Of a stretch of 64,000 bases of DNA, positions 38,726-48,591 are shown piece by piece (position 1 is the first letter of the stretch; every line of letters starts with the position of its first letter). Below the pieces are notes generated by a model that saw nothing but the letters and a program-made list of their open reading frames with translations, was not told the DNA's origin and did not search any database. The stretch is taken from positions 308,017 to 372,016 of IMG/VR virus record IMGVR_UViG_3300042367_000228; one strand, given 5' to 3'. Position numbers and translations under genes: made by a program.

Positions 38726-38795
38726 TGCTGGTACTCCTATATAGTATTAGAGCCGTTAGATATTCCAGTATCGTGAACGGCTTTTTTATTTATCA
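38726..38795 (-). ncRNA. conserved structured leader of HNH cassette, copy 2
   Basis: GATA/TATC compensates GATC/GATC of copy 1; CTGG loop conserved. Confidence 0.6.
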
Positions 38796-39028
38796 AAAAT
38801 CAAATCAGGTTCCAACAACTGTTGCTAAATTACGCAACAAACAACAAAAAAACTCCAAAAAAAAGCATAGGATACCTGCGTTTTAACGCGGGTATTTTTG
38901 TGTTTAATGCTACACTATACACAACACAACACGCGCTAAATACGCAACGAAAAGAGCGTATTAACTCTTTACAATCCAACACAACTTTGTTATAATATAT
39001 TTTTACTTACAACACAGGAGCAAGTAGC

Positions 39029-39244
39029 ATGGCCTTAAAAGAAACTAACAAAAACAAAACAAAACCTGCAGAGCCGGTATGTTGCGGACAAGGGTGTAAC
39101 AATCATGAGAACATGAAGCCTGGCATTAAACCAGTGTCAGTAGATAAAACGTGTAAACTAGATAACCAAATTGTATTTGGATTTATCTTAATTGTAGGCG
39201 GTGTATTCTTACTGCTCAACGCGTTTATATTCCCATTACTATAA
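39029..39244 (+). CDS. small membrane protein
   Basis: promoter cassette; C-terminal TM helix. Confidence 0.6.
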   Translation: MALKETNKNKTKPAEPVCCGQGCNNHENMKPGIKPVSVDKTCKLDNQIVFGFILIVGGVFLLLNAFIFPLL

Positions 39245-39254
39245 CGGAGACACT

Positions 39255-39839
39255 ATGAAACAAACTACATTGGCATTAGCTATTATAACAGCGTTGGCAT
39301 TAACGGCTTGTGGCGAGAGTGCTGAAGAAAAGCAAGCCAGGCTGATGAAAGAGCAACAAGCACAGATCCAACAGCTCCAGGCCCAACAAGTACAACAGGC
39401 CCAGATCCAACAGCAACAACAATTCCAACAACCCCAACAGTATGCACCGCAGCCTCAAGTTATTCAACAGCCTGCAGCTCCTGTTGTAGTACAAGCCCCA
39501 CATCAAGATAACACCTTAACTAACTTGGCTACAGGTGCGTTGATTGGGCACGCATTGTCAGGTGGGTTTAATGGCGGCAGTAATAGCGCACCGGCTGAAC
39601 GTATTGTAGAGCATAAGACAGTTATTGTAAATAACCATCCAGCCCCTGCAGCACCTACTACATCGTTTGCCCCACCCCCTTCTCCAGTAGTACAAGCTCC
39701 GGCTCCTGCGGCGCCAAGAGCAAGTGGAATGGATATGAACAAGCTATCGCAGTCCTCTAGTTATGCACCACGTCCAAGTACCCCTGCTCCTAGAACATCT
39801 AGCAGTATGAATATGAGTCGTTTATCAAGTAAACGATAA
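39255..39839 (+). CDS. Gln/Pro-rich lipoprotein
   Basis: signal peptide with LTAC lipobox; Gly-zipper-like LATGALIGHALSGG. Confidence 0.75.
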   Translation: MKQTTLALAIITALALTACGESAEEKQARLMKEQQAQIQQLQAQQVQQAQIQQQQQFQQPQQYAPQPQVIQQPAAPVVVQAPHQDNTLTNLATGALIGHALSGGFNGGSNSAPAERIVEHKTVIVNNHPAPAAPTTSFAPPPSPVVQAPAPAAPRASGMDMNKLSQSSSYAPRPSTPAPRTSSSMNMSRLSSKR

Positions 39840-39916
39840 CTGCCTATAGCTCAAATGGACAGAGCGTTCCCCTCCTAAGGGAAAGGCTATGGGTTCAAGT
39901 CCCGTTAGGCAGGCCA
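39840..39916 (+). tRNA. tRNA-Arg(CCT)
   Basis: CTGCCTA/TAGGCAG, CT-CCT-AA loop, GGTTCAAGTCC, CCA. Confidence 0.92.
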
Positions 39917-39997
39917 ACTTTGATATAAAAACTACTTGTATACCAGTGCATAGTTTGTTATACTATGCACTTACTAACACACAACTAGGAGTACACA

Positions 39998-40441
39998 ATG
40001 GGATATCGTTCAGACGTTGCAATTAAGATCTATGGTAACAAAGAAAAAGTACAAAAGGTAAAAGACTTTGCTGATGCTGAGTTGATTAAGTTAGACGATG
40101 AGCAACAAGGCTTCATTAAAGATTTAATAAACCAGTCCGAAGAGTATTTAGATCGTAGCCTTTGGGAAGATGACGAAGATGAAGATGAAGCATCGTTTTT
40201 CTTCTTTGCACAATGGGTTAAATGGTACGAAGGGTATCCGGATGTAGACTACTTTGACGCTATCTTTAAGAAAGCTAAAGAGATTGGTAAAAAAGAGGAT
40301 ACTGAAACTACAGACGATGACGATTCTATACTGTATGGCGAGTATGTTAGAATAGGTGAAGACATGGATGACAACGAAGAAGACCGCTTCAATACTGGCA
40401 TGGACGATCAAGTAACCATTAGACGTTCAATTGAGTATTGA
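39998..40441 (+). CDS. conserved phage hypothetical protein
   Basis: MGYRSDVAI...KWY..YPDV...RIGE..DD.EE. Confidence 0.75.
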   Translation: MGYRSDVAIKIYGNKEKVQKVKDFADAELIKLDDEQQGFIKDLINQSEEYLDRSLWEDDEDEDEASFFFFAQWVKWYEGYPDVDYFDAIFKKAKEIGKKEDTETTDDDDSILYGEYVRIGEDMDDNEEDRFNTGMDDQVTIRRSIEY

Positions 40442-40514
40442 TTTAAATACCATTTGCAAACCAACAAACAATTTGCTATAATATGTTTTTACTTAAACAC
40501 CTGTGGAGCTTACT

Positions 40515-40862
40515 ATGCCATCAATACAAGAAAAAATCACTACTGACATCCACAACACATTTGCGAAGTATGGGTTTGAACCAGTAACTGTTAAATCAGT
40601 TAGCAACATGGGTTATTGGAGCATTCAACGTCCAGATGACTTAACAGAGTACGGACGTGTAGGATTTAACTTCCAAGGTAGCTACAACATCTTTAGCATT
40701 AAGATTGGTGATCGTAAAATTGAAAGCCAACCCGGCCGTGCAGATTACTTTGACTTTCACATTAACACAAGTGAAAATGACAAGTATCAAAACTTTAAGG
40801 AAGTTTTAGCTAAAGAGTTGTTTGAATTGAACTACGAATTAGATAGTGAGGTTGCAGCATGA
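40515..40862 (+). CDS. hypothetical protein
   Basis: promoter cassette. Confidence 0.65.
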   Translation: MPSIQEKITTDIHNTFAKYGFEPVTVKSVSNMGYWSIQRPDDLTEYGRVGFNFQGSYNIFSIKIGDRKIESQPGRADYFDFHINTSENDKYQNFKEVLAKELFELNYELDSEVAA

Positions 40863-41047
40863 TTCCAGTAGACGCAGAAGTTATTAGACACTCAACATCT
40901 GGGTACACAGTTAAACTGTATGTACCTGTGCCCAACCAAGTTAGTATGGATAAGTTCTACTTTACAGGTGATTCTAAGACCCAAGCTATATCTAAAGCCA
41001 GGGCTAAAGCAAGAGCATGTGGTTACAAATTAAATATGGTGATGTAA
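40859..41047 (+). CDS. hypothetical protein
   Basis: coupled ORF. Confidence 0.55.
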   Translation: MIPVDAEVIRHSTSGYTVKLYVPVPNQVSMDKFYFTGDSKTQAISKARAKARACGYKLNMVM

Positions 41048-41194
41048 TGAAAGCATTAACGGTTCTCGTGTATATCGCATGGCTTGGTGTATTAGCTATG
41101 TTAGTATGGAGAGTAATTGATTTAAATACTACTTGCGTTATCAATAGCAGTTTGCTATAATATGTTTTTACTTACACAATAACTGGAGCACACT

Positions 41195-41473
41195 ATGTCA
41201 AAATTTAGTAACACACTTGATCAGTACATTGAACAAGAAGACATTTGGCACTTTGAAGGCGAAACAGGTGTTCGCAACTTGAAGGAAATTATTTCAACAA
41301 TTGGGTATAGCGGCTACGGTGGCGTATTAGAAAACTTCCTAGCTGACAACAGTGGTTGCATTGAAGCAATGATTGAATGGATCAAAGCTAATGACTACTC
41401 AGGTGATTGGGATATGTTAGTATCAGCAGAGCTTGCTCCAGTTAAAGAAGACGAAGAAGAGGATGCAGAATGA
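41195..41473 (+). CDS. hypothetical protein
   Basis: promoter cassette; FL.DN.GCIEAM.EWI. Confidence 0.7.
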   Translation: MSKFSNTLDQYIEQEDIWHFEGETGVRNLKEIISTIGYSGYGGVLENFLADNSGCIEAMIEWIKANDYSGDWDMLVSAELAPVKEDEEEDAE

Positions 41474-41609
41474 ATCAAGAACTAGTTGATAAAGTGTTAG
41501 CACAGATTGTAAGTGATGTTAGGTTCCAAGACTACACAGCTATTGAAGAACTGTTAACAGCTATTCCTGAACACCTATTAGTAGGGTTCCTTGTAGAAGG
41601 TGATGTGTA

Positions 41610-41891
41610 ATGGCTAATAAGTTTGTAAACGATTTGCGTAAAGGTGATGCAGTTATTGTTGAAACTGGAGTCCTGCAAGTAATTAGAGAGCTTCATCCAG
41701 CCGGCGGCAAGAATGTAGCCATTGAGTTTAACAATGGCAAAACAATGATTGTGGGCCTAACTACATTAGTACCAGTGGTATCAAGTAAAGTTGACACTAG
41801 CCTGTCAGTTGAAGAAGTGTATAACATGGTGTTAGATGATAATATGTCGCTAACTGAATTTACTGTATGGGTTGCGGCCCGTGGCAAATAA
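41610..41891 (+). CDS. hypothetical protein
   Basis: ORF, SH3-like N-terminus. Confidence 0.55.
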   Translation: MANKFVNDLRKGDAVIVETGVLQVIRELHPAGGKNVAIEFNNGKTMIVGLTTLVPVVSSKVDTSLSVEEVYNMVLDDNMSLTEFTVWVAARGK

Positions 41892-41903
41892 GAGGACTAC
41901 AAT

Positions 41904-42062
41904 ATGAAACAATGGTTTAAAGAATTTGTTCACAATGCTATCGTTCACCCATTAATGATGTTCATGCCTGCAAAGTATGCTAACTGGTTACATGATCGTA
42001 ATGCTACATGGACATTTAACTTAGGACGTTACGACGAGCTACAGCTCGAAGGTAAGGAGTAG
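41904..42062 (+). CDS. small hypothetical protein, paralog of 651-794
   Basis: 52 aa; GAGG RBS. Confidence 0.65.
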   Translation: MKQWFKEFVHNAIVHPLMMFMPAKYANWLHDRNATWTFNLGRYDELQLEGKE

Positions 42063-42064
42063 GT

Positions 42065-42358
42065 ATGTATTTGATTCCAATAGCAAAGCAGTATCCAAAA
42101 AATGTATTGCCATTGCAGTTTAAGTTACGGTTGTTTCACAAATTGCCTCAACGTACTATGCGCACCTCGAGTGGCAGAACAATGCCAGCACCACGTACAA
42201 ACGGTCCTGTGACATATTTGCAAGTAGCATGGGTAGAGGACCAACGAGTTAAGAAGACTATTCGTATGACGCGAATAATGTTCCGCATGGGAATGAGAGA
42301 ATGGAGTGCATCTATTAAGCCTAACATTCACCCTGAGCACGTTATAGCAGACAACTGA
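42065..42358 (+). CDS. hypothetical protein
   Basis: ORF with GGAG/AGG RBS. Confidence 0.5.
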   Translation: MYLIPIAKQYPKNVLPLQFKLRLFHKLPQRTMRTSSGRTMPAPRTNGPVTYLQVAWVEDQRVKKTIRMTRIMFRMGMREWSASIKPNIHPEHVIADN

Positions 42359-42549
42359 TGTAAAAACCATTTGCAAACCAGCGCATAGTTTGTTATACTA
42401 TGCGCTTACTAACAAACAATTAGGAGCACAATATGCAATCGTTACGCAACAAGTTATTTCCATCAGGCGACTACACATTAGGGTTTGCTATTGTGGATGC
42501 AATTTTAGTAGTATTAGTAATCACTTTAATAGTAATTTAGGAGCGCGTT

Positions 42550-42879
42550 ATGTTACATGAAACAAGACTTGGCAAAACTATGCACGGCGTGTGGAAAGCA
42601 GAATCAAATGTAATGCTTGATGACACATTATGCTTCACTTTAACAACAATGAAACGCGCATCAGGTTCAGTAGTTACTTCAGCATCCGTTGCTAAACGTG
42701 AAGGTAACTTCTATACACACAGAATGTATGAAGACTATAGCCGTCAACTTGAGAGTCACAAGTATTCAAGGGTCACTGCTAAAGTAATTGAAACTCAGCA
42801 CATTGGCGTGTTAAGTGGTATCGATGAATACATTAACGAAGCCCGTGCAAAATACGGCATTGAACTAATTTACGCTTAG
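42550..42879 (+). CDS. conserved phage hypothetical protein
   Basis: W.AES...L.L.T.K...G...T.A. Confidence 0.7.
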   Translation: MLHETRLGKTMHGVWKAESNVMLDDTLCFTLTTMKRASGSVVTSASVAKREGNFYTHRMYEDYSRQLESHKYSRVTAKVIETQHIGVLSGIDEYINEARAKYGIELIYA

Positions 42880-42888
42880 GAGATTACT

Positions 42889-43299
42889 ATGGGTTACTGT
42901 GTAACGATTAAACATTCAACTGCAACTATTCCAAATAAGAATCGTGACGAGGTATTACAGATCTGGAAAGATCTTAACAAGCCTGAAAATGATCATCTCA
43001 AACGCGGCGGTGCATATCGCGATGGCGAAAAGCATACTGCGTGGTATTCATGGATGCCTGCAAACTATCACGAGACTGTTGAATCAGTAGAGGACGTACT
43101 CACTGAGTTAGGGTTCGAGACTGAGCTTGGACCATTTGGCGAAGTGCTAATTTGCAATTACGATAGTAAACGAGGCCAAGAGGAGTTATTCTTTAAACGG
43201 GTAGCTCACTTAATGACAGGGCAGATCCAATGGGAAGGTGAAGACGGCGGTACATGGGTCTGGGACTTAGGTAACAAAGATACGGTAACACTTGAGTAA
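42889..43299 (+). CDS. conserved phage hypothetical protein
   Basis: MGY...K.G.E..FF..A....G.I.W.GEDG..W. Confidence 0.7.
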   Translation: MGYCVTIKHSTATIPNKNRDEVLQIWKDLNKPENDHLKRGGAYRDGEKHTAWYSWMPANYHETVESVEDVLTELGFETELGPFGEVLICNYDSKRGQEELFFKRVAHLMTGQIQWEGEDGGTWVWDLGNKDTVTLE

Positions 43300-43367
43300 T
43301 AAACCATTTGCAATCCAGCGCATAGTTTGTTATACTATGCGCTTACTTACTTAGTTTAGGAGCAGTT

Positions 43368-43571
43368 ATGCACTATCATTACAACCAATTCAAAAACAAA
43401 CTAGCCGCTATGAGTTGGGAACAACTTGAAGCCATGTTTGAGCAGTACAGTGAAATGCAATCAAGATCAGTTGGCGATGAACTTAAACTGGAAATGATTG
43501 CAATTGAACTTGACACACGCGAAGCTGATGATGACTTTGAGAGAGTGAGATATGATGTCTACGAATACTAG
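43368..43571 (+). CDS. hypothetical protein
   Basis: promoter cassette. Confidence 0.6.
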   Translation: MHYHYNQFKNKLAAMSWEQLEAMFEQYSEMQSRSVGDELKLEMIAIELDTREADDDFERVRYDVYEY

Positions 43572-43887
43572 TCCTATGAGCAATGACGACATTGCAAGCA
43601 AACTACACGATGTATTAGAGATACTTGACACTGTATATGATACACTAGTTAGTGGCACTAATGACGAGCTTATTACTTCAATTGATGAAGCAACTGAGTC
43701 TGTAGCAAGCGCGTTATGGTTAATACACAAAGAAGTCCAATCGCGTGTAATACGCGAGTCGTATGAAGGCAGTGTATGTCCAGATTGCGGAGAAGAGATT
43801 CCAACTGATGTAGTAAACGGAAAAGCGTGTGAGAATTGCGGACACGTATTTGTTGATCCTAGACTTAATGACGATATAGGTGCATAA
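43552..43887 (+). CDS. Zn-ribbon-containing hypothetical protein
   Basis: CPDCG...C.NCGH. Confidence 0.65.
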   Translation: MMSTNTSPMSNDDIASKLHDVLEILDTVYDTLVSGTNDELITSIDEATESVASALWLIHKEVQSRVIRESYEGSVCPDCGEEIPTDVVNGKACENCGHVFVDPRLNDDIGA

Positions 43888-44180
43888 TGATAAACACTGC
43901 AATGACTGTGAAAAAAGACGAGTACAATGTATTCACTTCTAAGTTAGCCGATAAGTGTAGAGAACAAGGTAGTGTATTAGTTCAGTTACGTAACAACACC
44001 ATTGTAAGTGTTAAGCTGTACGAAGACCTTGAAGACGATACTGAAACAGTACACTTTACATCAGTTGATCATGACTATACGTGGCACTTAGATGGCTCTA
44101 GTTTTAAGAGCTTTAACTATGATATTATGATGATGGGCAGTAACAACTTGTTATCCAATCGTTGGGGAGATTATTTATAA
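43887..44180 (+). CDS. hypothetical protein
   Basis: coupled ORF. Confidence 0.55.
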   Translation: MINTAMTVKKDEYNVFTSKLADKCREQGSVLVQLRNNTIVSVKLYEDLEDDTETVHFTSVDHDYTWHLDGSSFKSFNYDIMMMGSNNLLSNRWGDYL

Positions 44181-44455
44181 TGGCTAGAGCAAAAAAAATG
44201 TTTAGAGTAGTATCAACTCGTCACCGTAGCGGCACTACGTCTGCGATAACAGCAGAATTAGATGTGCTAATCCACGCACACGCTTACACATTGGAATGCG
44301 GCGCAAGCTGGCAACATGAAAAGGGTAACAAAAAGATCAATCAAAAACCTAAGAGCATCGCGTCTCTTATCACTAACTTAAACAATGCTGTAAACAACAC
44401 TGCGGCTAATGGCTATGCAAGTATAAGTTATCATTGGGAAGAGGCAGAAGCTTAA
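44180..44455 (+). CDS. hypothetical protein
   Basis: start after GGAG; YTLECG.SW..EKGN.KIN..PK. Confidence 0.65.
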   Translation: MARAKKMFRVVSTRHRSGTTSAITAELDVLIHAHAYTLECGASWQHEKGNKKINQKPKSIASLITNLNNAVNNTAANGYASISYHWEEAEA

Positions 44456-44727
44456 TGGCTACAATGGTTACACAAAAGTGCCAACGATGTAAGAATCCGT
44501 TTGAAGCAAGGCTTGCAGATGTAAAGCGAGGGTGGGGTAAGTTTTGTTCTAAATCCTGCAAAGCTATTAAGCAAGAAGCTCGCACTGGCCAGTACAAAAA
44601 GATCCTTAAGGATCGTCACTATCATACCGAGTACGGTGGTATACCATCTTATGATAAGAACGGCGAGTATGAAGGGTTTACTGCAATATGGACTGATGAA
44701 GATTTTGATAGTCCAACTTTTAGGTAA
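44455..44727 (+). CDS. Zn-finger hypothetical protein
   Basis: C..C...F.AR.AD.KRGWG.FCSKSCKA. Confidence 0.7.
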   Translation: MATMVTQKCQRCKNPFEARLADVKRGWGKFCSKSCKAIKQEARTGQYKKILKDRHYHTEYGGIPSYDKNGEYEGFTAIWTDEDFDSPTFR

Positions 44728-45008
44728 TTACGGATATGCCAAGTAAAAGAACAATAATTGAAATACTTTTTTTGGTAGCGTGGTTTCTCTACGCTACCAT
44801 TTCTTATGAGTATGAACTCATACCTGCTCCGGGTGTAGTGGATATGGGCAACGGCGTTTATCTTTACACCATTTAACTGCGTTAATTTTGCTGTAAAGTT
44901 TAATATTTTACAGCAAAAAATCATGTGTTAAAGCTGGTATCCAGCGCGTAAATTATAAAGTAATACAATGTATTAGCAAAAACAAAACAAAACAAAAAAG
45001 GAGATTAT

Positions 45009-45272
45009 ATGTTAAACTCAATATCAAGCGTATCAGCAATACTATCAGATGCCAAATATGTTATGGAAGTATTCGCTAAACAAAAAGAAGCTCAACAACC
45101 TATTGTTACTCCAGAGAAAGCATTGCATTCTACACAAGTGATGAACAAGGTGCATAACGATCAATTAGCAAAAGATCCAACGTGGATTAATGGAGTTCAC
45201 TGCCATGGCTCACTTAGCCGACATAACTACACATACTCTTATACGGGTCAAACACCAGTTGCAATCCAGTAA
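45009..45272 (+). CDS. hypothetical protein
   Basis: AGGAG RBS. Confidence 0.55.
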   Translation: MLNSISSVSAILSDAKYVMEVFAKQKEAQQPIVTPEKALHSTQVMNKVHNDQLAKDPTWINGVHCHGSLSRHNYTYSYTGQTPVAIQ

Positions 45273-45317
45273 GTAATTTGCTATAATATATTTTTAGTTA
45301 AACAACAAAGGAGCATT

Positions 45318-45746
45318 ATGTCAAAGGCACACACTAAAGAAATTAGTATCTATTTAGAAGATGTCCAATGGATCGATCTACGTTATTTTAGATCGTGGTT
45401 AGAGAAACATGATGCATCTGAAGCAGCAACAATGCATCAAATCGTTGATAAGTTATGGCATGGAGATACTGACATCAATTGGAGATCCATGCCTGCAATC
45501 AAACAATGGCTTATGACTATTGAACATGATGTTGCAACAAAATTGTATGATTTAATTGAACACTTGCAAGATAGGGTGTTAGATACAGATGTACTAACAC
45601 CTAAAGAAATCTATGGTTGGGAAATTAATGATACAGCTATAGAACACACCCCTAAACACCTTAAGTTGGTTGTTAGCAATTACTTTAGGCCTCTCGAAAG
45701 AATTGATCAGCCTGCAAAGCCTGACCCAGTATTAACTTTGGTATAA
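45318..45746 (+). CDS. hypothetical protein
   Basis: promoter cassette. Confidence 0.65.
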   Translation: MSKAHTKEISIYLEDVQWIDLRYFRSWLEKHDASEAATMHQIVDKLWHGDTDINWRSMPAIKQWLMTIEHDVATKLYDLIEHLQDRVLDTDVLTPKEIYGWEINDTAIEHTPKHLKLVVSNYFRPLERIDQPAKPDPVLTLV

Positions 45747-45815
45747 TTACCACTTGCTTACCAGTGCATAGTATGTTATACTATGCACTTACTAACAACA
45801 ACTGCGGAGCGCACT

Positions 45816-45974
45816 ATGCAATACACACGTGAATATCTAATTAGATTAATCGATCGTAGCTACTCTTTGATTCAAGAGCCTGGGTTGTATTCAGATGCTG
45901 AACAAATAGAATTGCTTGATGATTTGCAAGATGCAATTGATGCCGAAGTTGAAATTGCAGATACCTGGGAGTAA
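45816..45974 (+). CDS. small acidic protein
   Basis: promoter cassette; start after GGAGCG. Confidence 0.6.
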   Translation: MQYTREYLIRLIDRSYSLIQEPGLYSDAEQIELLDDLQDAIDAEVEIADTWE

Positions 45975-45976
45975 TC

Positions 45977-46252
45977 ATGAAACGAGTATTGTTAGCATTA
46001 GCTTTATCATCTAATGTAATGGCTGAGCCATTAGTTACTATTCCAGCATACAAAGACCCTACTGGGTTTTATGCACACGTTCGCTGTTCAGGCCAGAACC
46101 TATACGAAGTATGCCCGACTAAACTTGAAGTGAACTGTTGTGTAGAGGCACAAGCCCCCAAACAGATTCACTTGCCGCGCACAGATACACGAGCGCAACT
46201 GCGTAAGATTGACCCAACCGCGGACTACCGCTATAACTATCGAATTCAATAA
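45977..46252 (+). CDS. exported hypothetical protein
   Basis: signal peptide MKRVLLALALSSNVMA. Confidence 0.6.
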   Translation: MKRVLLALALSSNVMAEPLVTIPAYKDPTGFYAHVRCSGQNLYEVCPTKLEVNCCVEAQAPKQIHLPRTDTRAQLRKIDPTADYRYNYRIQ

Positions 46253-46265
46253 CTAAAAGGAACAC

Positions 46266-46511
46266 ATGAAACAACACGTAATTACCGCTATCAACATCTT
46301 CTGTTACTTTACTACGGCTGCCATATTATCAGCGTTTATATGGGTGTTTACAGGCCCGGCTGATACTAGCCCAGAGGGTGAACAATTTCATCAATGTATG
46401 GACACAGCTAAGACATTAGCACCAGACGCTGATACTAAGCTAATGATCCAACGTGGATGCTTTGGTAACTACTTAATTGGTGTAGGCCAACAGATTGGCA
46501 AATCCGAATAG
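46266..46511 (+). CDS. membrane-anchored hypothetical protein
   Basis: N-terminal TM helix. Confidence 0.6.
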   Translation: MKQHVITAINIFCYFTTAAILSAFIWVFTGPADTSPEGEQFHQCMDTAKTLAPDADTKLMIQRGCFGNYLIGVGQQIGKSE

Positions 46512-46567
46512 CAAATATACGGCGTAGTAGTGATTTCTACTACGCCATCCCTCTTTAAGGAACTATC

Positions 46568-46765
46568 ATGCACTTTATAACATTAAAAAGAGTAGTCAAT
46601 AAATCAACAGTACAAGTAGACACATTTGAAATAGACATTAGAGTAAAAGACATTGTAGCATTTCATGATGGCCTGATTGTAGTAGGCGCCCATCAGTTCC
46701 ATGTAATTGAATCAAGAAGAGACATCCACGATAAAATTCGTAAAGCAGATACAACATGGGAATAA
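46568..46765 (+). CDS. hypothetical protein
   Basis: AAGGA RBS; V.ES..DI..KI. Confidence 0.6.
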   Translation: MHFITLKRVVNKSTVQVDTFEIDIRVKDIVAFHDGLIVVGAHQFHVIESRRDIHDKIRKADTTWE

Positions 46766-46917
46766 TTCCGACTAACCCGCCACCGAGCATGCCACTGCAG
46801 ACATTGCAAAGTTCATATTTTTCAAGTCCTGTGATTAGCAACAGCCATATGCAAGAGTTAAGGACAGGACTTAGCGAACAAATTATTAAGCCAGTACTTA
46901 AATGGGCAGGTAGAACG

Positions 46918-47145
46918 ATGTTAAACTTAGACCTAGCTCCTAGGTCACAAAACAAAATGTCATTTGACGAAGCTCAAATGTATATTCTCTTTTGTAAACA
47001 CAATGGATACAAGAACTGGAGACTTCCAACGCGTGAAGAATGGGAAACTATTAACGGTTGGGAGACACCTGTATGGTTAGTTGAAAAGGACAACGTAGTA
47101 ACGGATAAAGACTGGTATGCACAACCAGTACGGGACAAGAAATGA
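46918..47145 (+). CDS. DUF1566/Lcl-like mini protein, array 1
   Basis: FDEA.MY..GYKNWRLPT.EE...PVRD; longer in-frame ORF from 46756. Confidence 0.8.
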   Translation: MLNLDLAPRSQNKMSFDEAQMYILFCKHNGYKNWRLPTREEWETINGWETPVWLVEKDNVVTDKDWYAQPVRDKK

Positions 47146-47384
47146 TAGAGCTAGCGCCACATGAGCTATGGAAGTATGACGTAAACAAACATGAAGCTAG
47201 GCTGTACATATTCATGCTTAAAGGCTATAGAATGGGTACATTAGGAGAGATGCAATCATTAATCGACGCTATACGAGAAGTTGATCATGAAATGTGGGAC
47301 GCATGGACACTAGATGCAATAGATAGCGACGCTATACCAGACGACGAAACCGGAACAGCTATACCACTGAGAGATATAACATGA
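47142..47384 (+). CDS. divergent DUF1566/Lcl-like mini protein, array 2
   Basis: MIELAP..EA.LY..GYRM.T..E...PLRD. Confidence 0.75.
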   Translation: MIELAPHELWKYDVNKHEARLYIFMLKGYRMGTLGEMQSLIDAIREVDHEMWDAWTLDAIDSDAIPDDETGTAIPLRDIT

Positions 47385-47623
47385 TAGAATATGGAAAGAA
47401 ATCAGAAAACGATTTAAACTACGATGCGGCATTTATGTATTGCTTTTGGCATGAGCCAGTGGGCACTTGGAGGCTTCCGACTGAGCAGGAATACTTCCAA
47501 AAGATGCGACTAAAACACCCAAGTAGTATAATTCCCACTTGGTATGAAGATAGAGATCAGCTTGCAGAGAAAGTACATCAACAACCTGCTAAAATGCGAG
47601 TAGTGCCTGTACGATCGCTATGA
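47381..47623 (+). CDS. DUF1566/Lcl-like mini protein, array 3
   Basis: family motif. Confidence 0.8.
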   Translation: MIEYGKKSENDLNYDAAFMYCFWHEPVGTWRLPTEQEYFQKMRLKHPSSIIPTWYEDRDQLAEKVHQQPAKMRVVPVRSL

Positions 47624-47877
47624 CCCAGGTTAGTTACTATGCTAATAATATAAGGTTTCACCATTTGATTGAAGTAGCTCCAACGTCTAATGAAATGATG
47701 ACGTACGACCATGCTAAGATGTATATCATGTTCTATGAACACAATGGACATAGAGATTGGAGGTTGCCTACGTTACAAGAATGGCTAAGCCATAATCCGC
47801 CATTGATAGGGTGGGATGATCACGGAGAACATATTAGTGATATAGTTCGTTATGTAACCCCAGTAAGAGACCTATGA
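47620..47877 (+). CDS. DUF1566/Lcl-like mini protein, array 4
   Basis: family motif. Confidence 0.8.
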   Translation: MTQVSYYANNIRFHHLIEVAPTSNEMMTYDHAKMYIMFYEHNGHRDWRLPTLQEWLSHNPPLIGWDDHGEHISDIVRYVTPVRDL

Positions 47878-48101
47878 AACTTGAACTAGCTCCTCCATCT
47901 ATTCAACTACACAGAGATGAAGCATTCCTATATGTTTGGACGTGTACACACAACAACAAGTATGACTGGCGTCTGCCTACCCTACATGAATCAAGCAAAA
48001 ATAGTCTTACTGGCTGGAATGAATATGACTTATATGTATTTGCACATGAGATATCATACGACCCAATCTATTGGACAATTACCCCAGTGAGAGACTTATG
48101 A
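47874..48101 (+). CDS. DUF1566/Lcl-like mini protein, array 5
   Basis: family motif. Confidence 0.85.
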   Translation: MKLELAPPSIQLHRDEAFLYVWTCTHNNKYDWRLPTLHESSKNSLTGWNEYDLYVFAHEISYDPIYWTITPVRDL

Positions 48102-48313
48102 TTGAATTAGCTCCAGTATCTACAGAAAGGATGACCTATGACAATGCTAAATTGTACATCCTGTTCTATGAATATAATGGCTATAGAGATTGGCGTCTGC
48201 CTACATTCACTGAATGGATCACCCGCGACGATGTATATGGGTGGGATGATACAGAACCATCAATTGATTATGGTCCAAAACTTCGTGTTGTAACCCCAGT
48301 GAGAGACTTATGA
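48098..48313 (+). CDS. DUF1566/Lcl-like mini protein, array 6
   Basis: family motif. Confidence 0.85.
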   Translation: MIELAPVSTERMTYDNAKLYILFYEYNGYRDWRLPTFTEWITRDDVYGWDDTEPSIDYGPKLRVVTPVRDL

Positions 48314-48591
48314 TTGAAATAGCCCCAAGATTCGCACAACGTATGACATACGACGAAGCCATATTAAACTTATTCATGTTTGTACATAATGGAAAGAAAG
48401 ACTGGCGCATGCCTACCGAATACGAATACTACTACGGTACCGCCCGAGCTATAGAGAAGTCGTGGCATCGCGAAAAAGTAGATGAGTTTACTAACTGGTA
48501 CTTAACCCCTGTGAGAGATGTCAAATTTGTTTACATACCCAGCATAACGTGTTATAATAAAGACATACTGTTTAATAAGAGATACAGATGA
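48310..48591 (+). CDS. DUF1566/Lcl-like mini protein, array 7
   Basis: family motif with C-terminal tail. Confidence 0.8.
   Translation: MIEIAPRFAQRMTYDEAILNLFMFVHNGKKDWRMPTEYEYYYGTARAIEKSWHREKVDEFTNWYLTPVRDVKFVYIPSITCYNKDILFNKRYR

Noticed and set aside
44728-44930. - strand ORF 44649-44924 and CGTAGTAG/CTACTACG-type hairpins
   Set aside because: No RBS or motif support; hairpins look like ordinary terminators (similar at ~46520-46550)
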